The notes beneath the pieces are model-generated. The model searched no databases. It saw nothing but the letters and a program-made list of their open reading frames with translations, and was not told where the DNA came from. Below, piece by piece: positions 53,786 to 64,000 of a stretch of DNA of 64,000 bases; within the stretch, counting starts at the first letter, position 1, and the number at the start of each line of letters is the position of its first letter. Position numbers and translations under genes: made by a program. The DNA is from Eledone cirrhosa (taxonomy: Eukaryota). Location of the stretch: assembly GCA_964016885.1 (NCBI GenBank), contig OZ024745.1:117366001-117430000 (forward strand), written 5' to 3'.

Positions 53786-54394
53786 CTAGTAAACTACCCG
53801 TCCTTTGGACGGTTCAAGTAGCTTTCGATGTAGCTCATTAAACTAAACAAAGTAAATTTGAATACATAGAAGAAAAACGTACTTTATGTAAACATGAAAA
53901 CCTTAGGCACTATTCCAGCGAAATAATTTTAGATAAATTTAAGCATAATATTGTAAAAGTTATGACATCATTTAATGTATGAACATCAAGCTTGACACGA
54001 TAAATTATACAATGTCAAATCTATAACTTAACTTAGTAATCTGTTAGAAATTGCTGGTTGTGAAATATAAAAAAATGATATTGTTAATCTCTTTCTTTCA
54101 AGTACAAAGAGTAAATTAAAATCTGAATGAGCCGAATTACGAAAGATAACTCTTGTCTTACTTAATCACGAAAATTCACACAAATAACCAAAACTTTTTT
54201 AATGTCTCCAAAGGCCCCAATATCGATTTTTGAAAGCCTTTCTAGATCATGTACAGGTTTTGTGCAAGGAGAAGCTCTGTAAAAAATTTCAAAGAGATCG
54301 CATGAATGGTTTAGAATATATGAGCCCTCATTAAAAATTGTCCACACACATATACACATACATACAGAAAACTACAGATTTATATATATACAGA
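53786..54394 (-). mobile_element. Non-autonomous Helitron
   Basis: A|TC at 54394, hairpin ccgtcc-ttt-ggacgg at 53798-53812, CTAG|T at 53786. Confidence 0.8.
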
Positions 54395-54611
54395 TATATA
54401 TATATATATATATACACACACATATATATATATACATGCACTTACACACATACATATACATATATATATGTGTGTATGTATGTATATATATATCTATATC
54501 TATATATATATATATATAAGTATGTATACATACATACATATATGTATACAGACGTACAGTAGTATGTATATACATACATACATGCACACATATATATGTA
54601 CGTATGGGTTT

Positions 54612-54908
54612 ACCGAATATTTATTATAATGTTCAGTTTGTTTGTAAACAAACAGCCCGAATTAGGCCGTACAGTGTTCGGCAACCATTGTTGCGCTTTT
54701 TTTCAACACTGACAAAGGAACGATGAACTAGTTTCTAGCTTATTAGCTGTCATCAGCACCGTATACCTTCCTGTCAGTCGATTGAATGTTTGAAAGTATA
54801 TACTTTCTTTATGCATATTAATGGCTGAGCAGCCTAATTTGCATATCGTGTGAGTTAGTCGGCCAATTCTAATTTTCAATTTCTGCTTGACCAGCAACCG
54901 CTCTGTAT
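54612..54908 (-). mobile_element. Octamer/hammerhead element, single unit
   Basis: Collinear with 42866-43170; ATTTGCAT at 54837; TATA-like gtatatac; intact HHR core. Confidence 0.8.
54720..54762 (-). ncRNA. Minimal type I hammerhead ribozyme
   Basis: acggtg-CTGATGA-c agct aata agct a-GAAA-c ta g-TT^-catcgt; palindromic ACTAGT stem III. Confidence 0.8.
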
Positions 54909-55606
54909 AATCAGTTCCTGATTATTACTAGAAATTCTATAAGAATCAAACATTCATGATTTTCAGCAAACAGGTGGAGTACTTGGCTTTGATAAGTACC
55001 AATCAGTACGAAACATAGCTCTGTCAGCTTTATCTCCCCTGTTTGCTGAAAATTTGAAGTAAGTGAGACTGTCACTACTCTGAAACAATAGCATAAGGTC
55101 TTCGAAATACTTTTAATTAAGCATACAGTGTATTGCAAAATACACTATATATACATTCATATATGTATATATATATATATATATATATAGTGTTGAGAAG
55201 ACCCTTCAGCAGTTTCAAAGCCACAATGACCCTTGTGCTAGTGGCACAATAAAATGCATGCATATATATATATATATATATACTTATATGTTGGCTGCAA
55301 CTCGATTTTGAGTATTACTATCACTTGATACTTAAGCATGAGCATCATGGACGTGGCTTTTTAGTCCTGCTAGGGACTTGCTTATGGCCAGCAATACCAT
55401 ACATTGCAAAAAATGTCACATATCAAGTGAGGAAAGGCTTTGCATGAGGCGAATCCCACTCTCTGAACATCGAATGCATTTACCCAACAAGTAGAACTGG
55501 TCTACATCATTGGATACAAATGCAGGTTTTATATCAGAGTGACCTTCTCTTAGAGAGATGTCTTAATAAAGACTAGAAGTCTCTTGCTAAAAAAAAAAAA
55601 AATAAA

Positions 55607-55643
<37 letters not shown>

Positions 55644-55647
<4 letters not shown>

Positions 55648-57056
55648 ACGAACGATGGATATTAGTGGTGGTTGTTAGATGAAATAACAAGAATAGCTGA
55701 TTTACTTTATATATAAAAAGGTTTACTTCACTTCAGTCAAAAAGAACAATAAACAAGTTACCACGAGTCGCGAAGGTTGACGATATTATTTTGTTGTTGG
55801 TTCATGAGGCTGGTGTATGGTTGGCTGAACATTGGGGTTACGGTATCGGATTACGATATAACACAGGACTATTTCTCTCGATGTATCATCATACGTAAGA
55901 TGCTTTTCCAATAAGTCAAGGTTTACGCTATGACATGAGTGTGTGTAATTTTGAGTTGCGTGCCTGAGTGAGTCCAGGCGTGTAGTCCCCGTGGGTGTTT
56001 CTCATGTGTTTAATAGCTGTTGTCGTACCTCGACCAGTTGAAAAGTGATCTCCCAGAATCCCCACCGAATCCAGAACATACCATAGACAAAAACATGTTG
56101 GTGTGTGGCAAAGAAAATGATGTGTGTTTGATGCAGTAAAAAAAATAAAAAAATAAAATGAACGTTCATATATAACCTGTAAAAAAGTTTTTTTTAAATT
56201 TATATAATTGTTCTTTACAAAAAAGTAGTTTTTCTCTTCTTTATGTTACCGTTTTCTTGCTAGGAAGCTAGTAGTATTGTCTGTTGTTGCTGTTGTTGTT
56301 GGAGATTACGAAGCACGTGGTGAAGAGTTTGGTAATGAAATGAAACATCAAAGCGAAGTCTCTATAAATATTCCGTAGAATCAAAGTTTGGTGAATAATT
56401 TGAAGTGAAGTTTTATCATATCGTACCATATATATGAGAAGCTTCGTAATTTTAGATAGCTGAGAAAGCTGCTGTTGAGAAAGTTGTTGATGTTGGCAAT
56501 GGAAACCATGATTAGAAAGCTGCGTGTGGTTTTCTTTTTTAAAATACCACATCGTATTTTTTTTTTAGGAGGAATCTGTTCATTCCCGCGTGTGATTCAC
56601 CAATGTAACGATGGATATTAGTGGTGGTTGTTAGATGAAATAACAAGAATAGCTGATTTACTTTATATATAAAAAGGTTTACTTCACTTCAGTCAAAAAG
56701 AACAATAAACAAGTTACCATGAGTCGCGAAGGTTGACAATGTTATTTTGTTGTTGGTTCATGAGGCTGGTGTAGTCTGAGACCAGGAAAGAGAGAGAGTA
56801 ATGCTCTGTGGTTGTCTGTAGACCTCTGCGGCCTGTATATTGCGGTGAATCTTTACATAGCTTGTCTATAGAGTATGGCTCTGATCTCTCTGTGTATAAA
56901 CGTGGGATGATACAGGCTTTATATACCTGTTGCTTTCTGTCTCCCACCTTGAGGGATCTCCCACGCATGAACCGATCCACGCCGGAAAGGATGGTGACCT
57001 AGAATTTGACTCTTTGGTGTCACCCAGGGTTCAAGGCGTGGACAGATTTCGCTACA
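55644..57056 (-). mobile_element. Internally deleted LTR retrotransposon in a (TA)n tract
   Basis: 453-bp TGT...ACA LTR at 56604-57056, TGG-initiated PBS-like sequence beside it, partial second LTR at 55644-55817; TATA flanks. Confidence 0.8.
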
Positions 57057-57480
57057 TATACATATATATATATATGCTTACATAAAGACATAGATGTATA
57101 TGTATATGCGTTTTCATTTATACTTATATAAGTATGAGTGCATTTATATTTGTGTATGTCCATACCAATTTGTCATTTATGCACTAAAAAAATATTAAAA
57201 ATATTCTTGTGGATGTCTGTTGTATGTAAATATTTCTTTATGTAATATAAAGTATATATCTAATCTCCAGTAATGTAAGGAATCTTTCTGTGAACCCTTT
57301 TGGTCTTTGTGAAATGCAACTTGAAACTCAAAAATCATTTAATATCATTAATTACCACACATAAAGATGTATGTACATGTGAGTGAGTTTGTCTGTATTT
57401 CTTGCAATTAAGTATATATACATACTGGATATCGATCTAAACCCTTATTGTTATTGTTATTATTATTATTATTATTATTA

Positions 57481-58892
57481 TTTTATTGTTCTTTAAGTCT
57501 CAGTCATTGATGTTAGGTAACTGGAAAGTTTGTTGAAATGAATATCAAGCCACTACCTGCAGCCTCAGATATTCAGGACGTATCGGAGGGTTCTTGCTGT
57601 TCCCAGCAAGCATGCCTTTTGAAGCGTTCCAAAAAGCGTGGTGGGGCCAATTTTCTTTAACCATCCCTGGAAACTTTTTGAGATAGTACCTAGTGCGCCT
57701 ATGACAATCGAGACCACTTTGACTTCATGGCAGTTCCAAATCCTTTTTACCTCCCACTTTAAGTCCTGGTATCGGTTAATTTTCTCCCTCTCCTTCTCTT
57801 GCACTCTCGTGTCGAATGGGCAGGCCACATCCACAATCAGGCGCGATCTTTTTTCCTTGTCCAAAACCACCAGGTCAGGTCTATTGTGTTCCAGTTTCTT
57901 GTCTGTCTGTATCCTAAAATCCCACAGCACCTTCACCTGATCGTTTTCTATCACCGACTCTGGTTTATGCTCATACCACTTCTCAGAATGTGGTAAATTG
58001 TTTACTTTGCATAGGTGCCAGTGGATCACCCTGCCCATCATGTCTCCAGCCCTTATAGTGAGTCTGGGCTAGGTGTTTACACTCGGATACAATGTGAGCC
58101 ACAATCTCCTCTCTCTCTCCACAGATCCTGCACAGTGGGTTAGCCTCCTCCTTGTAAATATGGTATTTCAACCACTTCGTTTTGAGGGCCTGCTCTTGCG
58201 CAGCCATTAGCATTCCTTCTGTAGCCTTTTTAAGGTCTCCTTTTTCAACCAGTTCCATGTCTGTGGATTTCTGAATTCAGTTTTCTCAAAGAAGGTACTA
58301 TGAAGGGATTTTTCATGAAGGCTGCTCTTTATCCTTGTTGTTATTTCCTCCTTGTACATCTCCTGGTCTATTGTCCTCTCCTTCAGTACAATTCTGTGCA
58401 TTGGCTCCTTACCATCAGTCACGTATTTGTGTAGGTTGTTTTTCTCCTCTATGCTGATAAGACCTCTTCCACCTTCAGATCTCCTTAAGTAGAGTCTATC
58501 GACATCACTCCTCTTGTGGAACATGTTGTAGATAGTCAATAGCTTCCTAGTCTTCCTATCCATTTCTTTTTGTTCAGCAACATTCCATCTCAGAATTCCC
58601 GCACTGTACCTAATAATAGACACAGCTCGGGAATTTACTGCACTTATGGCATTCCTACTGTTCAGATGTGACTTTAATATGCTCCTTACTCTCCGAATGT
58701 ATTCAGATCTTATCAATTCCTTCATTTTTTTATTCTTGATGTCATCAGCCTCCAGAACACCCAAATACTTGTATCCTTCTTCAGTGTCAATTTCCTTTAT
58801 CATCTCACCTGTTGGTACCTGGATTCCGTTGCTTCTGCTCAATTTACCCCTCTTCATCACAAGGACTCCACACTTACTAATACTAAATTGCA

Positions 58893-58893
<1 letters not shown>
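57481..58893 (-). mobile_element. 5'-truncated R4/Dong-clade non-LTR element (RT C-terminus, CCHC finger, restriction-like endonuclease)
   Basis: YKYLGV, DVDRLYLRRSEGGRGL, CRIC...HIVSEC...RHD, LWDFRIQTD...NRPDLVV...IVDVACP...EKINRY; (TAA)n on both sides. Confidence 0.92.
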
Positions 58894-58932
<39 letters not shown>

Positions 58933-59587
58933 AGGGTGGTGGATTGGCAGTATTGGTAGAGAGTCGGACGCCATGCTTTCCAGCATAGTTACGTCCCTTT
59001 ACGGTCTGAGTTCAAATCCCGCCGAGGTTAACTTTGCCTTTCATCCTTATGGGGTCGATAAAATAAAGTACCAGTAATGTACTGGGTAATTGCTGGCCTT
59101 GTGCCTAAAGTAGAAACAATTATTATTATACTTTATTTTATCGACCCTTTACGGGCTCGATAAAATAAAGTACCAGTAATGCACTGGGTAATTGCTGACC
59201 TTGTGCCAAACGTAGAAACAATTATTATTATTATTATTATTATAAGGGCGGTGGATTGGCAGTATCGGTAGAGGCTCGGACGCCATGCTTTGACACATAG
59301 AGTTACGGCCCTTGCCATTCTGAGTTCAAATCCCGCCGAGGTTAACTTTGCCTTTCATCCTTACGGGGTCGATAAAATAAAGTACCAGTAATACACTGGG
59401 TTATTGCTGGCCTTGTGCCAAAAGTAGAAACAATTATTATTATTATTACACACACACATAATTTAAATCAACTGACAAAGAAGATACTTCAAATAATTTT
59501 TACTAATATCTACATGTGTTTCAACTTCAATATTACCAGGTAACACTAAAGCATTGTCAGGACAATAATTTATATATATATATATCA

Positions 59588-59616
<29 letters not shown>

Positions 59617-59618
<2 letters not shown>

Positions 59619-59855
59619 AATGTACATATAATATATTTAACAATATACTGTGTGTTTATTTTAAAACATTTTGAAGGCCATTTGCTATGAATTTTTAAGT
59701 AGTGACTAACGTCGCACACCTAGTCTCAGCAAAAGCATCTTGCCGAGACTAGGTATGCGACGTTAGTCACTACTTAAAAATTCATAGCAAATGGCCTTCA
59801 AAATGTTTTAAAATAAACACACAGTATATTGTTAAATATATTATATGTACATTCA
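59617..59855. repeat. Near-perfect palindrome, 116-bp arms, 7-nt loop
   Basis: Arms 59617-59732 and 59740-59855 differ at 2 positions. Confidence 0.95.
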
Positions 59856-59899
59856 TATATACAACGCTATTTCAGAGCACCAATACTAATATATATATA

Positions 59900-60425
59900 T
59901 ATAAGTAGTTCCACAACAGTTAATTCACTATTTCCGAGAACAATTTGTTTCACCTTAGACGGATCATCAGCTCGGTTTAAATGAGATAATACAGAACAGG
60001 AAAACGATTACACGAATAGACATGCGCAGAAGTCCTTCTCAAAGGGGTAACAACTCATGTTAGATCGATGAAGGGGAGGTAACCGCAAAAGATCAGAATA
60101 CAATAGATTATTCATGATATTCAATCTAGAAGTGTTGTGTCCAATAGTCAGTCTGGGGCTTTAAAATTACGTAATAGATGTTTTGAAACATGGGGACAAC
60201 GTGAGTAGAACTCAGATATTCTGTTTAGACAAGCGCTAATGCACCTCCTCAGGATATTGATTCTTTCTTCAATGCACAGCCCACAAGACAGATTCCCACT
60301 TCATTATGGCTTAGACTTGGTTATAACTTTCCATTGGATGAGGTAATCCATGCTTGCGTCCTTGAGGGACCATATGTGGTTTGCGAGCTTTGTGGACGAT
60401 CATTTGTCTAAATGTCGACAGATGA
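59900..60425 (-). mobile_element. Penelope-like element 3' end (GIY-YIG C-terminus + pLTR region)
   Basis: STKLANHIWSLKD...IQWKVI...CGLCIEERINIL...LNRISEFYSRCPH, homologous to 31500-31710. Confidence 0.85.
59934..59975 (-). ncRNA. Type I hammerhead ribozyme in PLE 3' region
   Basis: ccgag-CTGATGA-tcc gtctaa ggt-GAAA-ca aat tg-TT^-ctcgg. Confidence 0.8.
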
Positions 60426-60595
60426 TTAAGTAGGTACTGAGCAGAGTCTGAGGTAACCACAGTAAATAAGCTATTCAATACATGTGTAGAGTGAAGACAG
60501 AAGTTTATATAGAAAAGGCTTCTACAGGACTAGTACTGTTTCATTTGTATGAAATCATCATGGCATTCCTGATGATTTCATATGAATGAAACAGT

Positions 60596-61353
60596 TGGCC
60601 TTAACTCTATAGAATGTACACAATGCAGATATTGCGTACACAAGAGGTATAGTGAGCAGGTAAACTAACAGGAAAGGAATACTTCATATGTTCAGAGAAA
60701 TTTGACAGTAGAAGTCTCAGTGATAGGCACATTTTTCAAATGCAGGTAGGATCTATAGAGGTGGTTGATAGCTTCTGATATCTAGGTGATCAGATTAGCA
60801 AGGGAGAAAGATGCTCTGAGGCCATAGTATCTAGAATAAGGATAGGATGGAAGAAGTTTAGGGAGCTGTTTCCTCTGTTGATAATGAAGGTTTTCTCACT
60901 ACAAATGAAAGGTCGGTTATATGATGCCTGTGTGAGGTGCGCGATGCTGCATGGTAGTAAGACATGGGCAGTAACTGCGGCGAATATGAAACAGCTGGAG
61001 AGAAATGAAGCAAGCATACTCCGATGGATGTGCAATGTCAATGTGCGTGAGCAACCAAGCATAGATGAGTTGAGAGAGAAACTGTGTATAAGAGGGATAA
61101 ACTGTAGTGTACGGGAGAGAAGACTACGTTGGTATGGCCATATGATGCGCATAGAAGGTGATCGCTGGGTAAAGAAGTGCCAAGAAATCTCAGTGGAAGG
61201 AAGACGCAGTAGAGGAAGACCACGAAAAACATGGGCGGAGGTGGTGAGATCTGATCTCAGATCACTGTGATGAACGGAGAGATGCTGTGCTGAATAGGAC
61301 CCGTCCCACCCTTGAAAGCAAGGAAAAGTGGACGTAACATGATGATGATGATA
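60596..61353 (+). mobile_element. 5'-truncated PHD-RTE LINE copy
   Basis: Aligns with 52889-53700; (gat)n tail; 7-bp TSD aaacagt (60589-95/61354-60). Confidence 0.92.
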
Positions 61354-64000
61354 AAACAGTACTAGTGCTCCAGAAGCCTTTTCTATATAAATTTATATAT
61401 ATGTATATGCATATATGCGCGCACGTACACACACACACATATATATGTAGTATAATTAAAATTCCATACACTTATCATGTATGTGCAACCTAGGGTTTCG
61501 GTGTCCTTATAAATATATATATATTCAAAGTAGAGAGCACACACGGTAAATACAATGGAAAAAACAGTAGAAAGATGGACAGTCCCATCTCCTCAGCCAA
61601 CCTCTGGAAATCACTTTCAGTTTCAGTACATTAAGGTTGATACTAATCATTCCAGTACACATTGGGACATAAAACAGGTAGAGACAAGTTATGCTTTTAG
61701 GCAAATTACACAAATATAGATGAAAAAGTATCCTAAGTGTGTCAACTGACAAAGAATGGAGAGAACTATGTGTGGGGGCTTATAAATATATATATGTGTG
61801 CGTGTGTGTAACACAGACATGGCTACACACATGCACATTACACATGGATTAAGTTAACCATGGTCTGTGTTGTTAGCAACTATCTAATGCTATATATAAC
61901 ACACAGACATGGCTACACACATGCACATTACACATGGATTAAGTAAAGGAATATTTTTTGCTTTCAAGTCCAATATTTTGTTTCTTTCTACTATTTCATT
62001 CTACTATGGAGAATGTTTTATATTCAATGAATATTTGTGTTACTTTTCTAGAATTCCTTTTTAGCTGAGAACTTAAAAAAAGAAAGATAACAAATTAATT
62101 TTGAATCATATCCAAAATACATTTTCTGCTGTCTATCATTTTATAGAAACTTTGATTCTATGTTGTGTATAACAATAATGGACAGTTGTTATGTGATGTA
62201 AAGAAATAAATCTTATAACAGTTGTTATTTGCTTACATCATTTCTGCTAATAATATTCATCCATTCTTATTAAAAACAGTTTGTACATTATCTTGTCCTC
62301 TCTGTGTTAAAGACTAACTAATAATTAAAAAAAAATAGCTTATCATGTTTGTCGAGCAATAGGAGTAATATTTTGACCAATAATTTAATATTTGTATTGA
62401 AGAATCTGTTAAACTTTTTATTTACTTTATAGCCATCTTGTTTGACATCTAATGAAACAAACAGCAATTTATGTCTCAAGGTCTTAAGGAAAAAAGATGT
62501 AAGTAAGAAATAACTTGCACACGAATTGAAGTATGCATTGAGTGCAATTTTGACCATATGTTATTGTAGCATGGCATATTGTAATGACCTGATTGTGAAA
62601 TCACATCAGAGCTTTTCAAACTTGTGCAAAAGATTCCTTCATGTCTTTATATAGCAACTTACTTTTAAAGCATTATATGTATATATACATTTCATATATT
62701 TGTAGTCAAACCTTCACCCATGCAAAGAAATATTATGTATATTATCACACTAAATTAGTACTCACCATCCTGCCTGCATCTTATTTTGTTATTTACGTGC
62801 ACATTTTGTTGAAATAAACTAGTAATTATCTACATCATTATGTCATTTACATTATATTATAAGTACATACTTTACTCTTTATGTCCTATAAAAGCTGATA
62901 TATATATAATGTGAAGAAATGGATATTACTGAAGTTTATACTGTACATGATTAAATGTAAAATGTTAGTATATTTAAAAAAATAATCATGGAAGTTAATT
63001 ACTTGGACACCATTGGCATGAAATGTAATAGTTTACTCAGTGTTAACACATTCAATGTGGCAAGCATAAAAAATCTAATCATAAATACTTATGCATTGGA
63101 AAAAATATAACACCTTAGTTGCCAAAATATTTTGTTTTTAAATATGCTTATTTTTTTCATACTTATTCATGTACAGTATCATATGCTGACTTAATACATC
63201 TCTCATGAATACTTCAGGAAGTATTAGTGAAGTTTAAAATTCGTTGAGGAGGATGTCTAATTATAGCAAAACATCTACCTTCACATACTGCAGCAATCAA
63301 AATAATGTTGGTCATTAAGTCCATGTCTTTTTCTCATCTTACCACACAAGTCTCTTTAAATATGTTTATGCTCACCACATTGAATATATTTGCACTAACT
63401 TAATCTATATACTATATTCTTTTCTTTAGATTTATAGCATTCTTTCATTTTATTTTTACAATTCTGTTGAATATTATAATATAAAGTTATATCTTCGATT
63501 TGCTTTATATACAAAATGTTCTATCAAAATATTTGCTGCAGTAAAAAATATCCATTTTGTAATACCACTCTCAGCTTTTATAAATTTTAGTAAATTTCCT
63601 GCCATATGTGCAGCCATCTGTTAGATACATGCATTCAAAGAATTTAGTTCAAGAATAACCAACATCAATATAGATATTACATTAGATCTTAACACAAAGA
63701 AATATTTCCCCTGTATGAAACCCACTGAGAAATTTGATATATTGATAAACCTTCCATATTGCCTATCATAGTCTTAAAAATCTCATAAATCACATTACTT
63801 GCTGCATCTCAAACATATCATTAGATGAAAGAATTTCTAAATGTGCAGTGCCATATTATAACACTTTGAAAGAGAGTGGTTTTCTTGAAAAAATACAGTA
63901 CATATCACTTCGTGTCAAAGTCATGCAGGCACAGCATTATCTGGTTTAGCCTCCTGTTAATGTAGAAGTAGCTTTTAGTATTTCCAAAGCATTTCTACAC

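Noticed and set aside
61950-64000. AT-rich non-repetitive tail as exons or UTR of a neighbouring gene
   Set aside because: No convincing coding exon; cannot be assigned without transcript data

Overview
AT-rich, repeat-dense animal DNA. The SINE and RTE families look like those of octopus or another coleoid cephalopod (recognised by eye, not searched). One large + strand host gene runs through the window. I can splice ten GT-AG exons (2156..48007) into a single frame of about 640 aa, with the N-terminus upstream of the window; I do not recognise the gene. Its introns and 3' flank hold mostly decayed transposons: RTE LINEs (one family has a PHD finger inside the RT), L1/Tx1, R4/Dong, CRE-like and Hero-like fragments, three Penelope-like elements (PLE), a DD37D maT transposon, Helitrons, a deleted LTR element, tRNA-derived SINEs, two tRNA pseudogenes and a 1.6 kb 16-bp satellite. 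The most notable signal is invisible in the ORF track: at least 7 intact or near-intact type I hammerhead ribozymes (HHR) and about 7 decayed ones. Four divergent non-coding elements of about 290-430 bp share one layout: octamer ATGCAAAT, then a TATA-like box, then the HHR core 80-90 nt downstream. They tend to integrate as partial tandem plus inverted copies, which suggests a self-promoted, self-cleaving, PLE-mobilised retrozyme-like family. One further HHR has a 97-nt branched domain in place of stem II. All calls were made by eye and no database searches were run.
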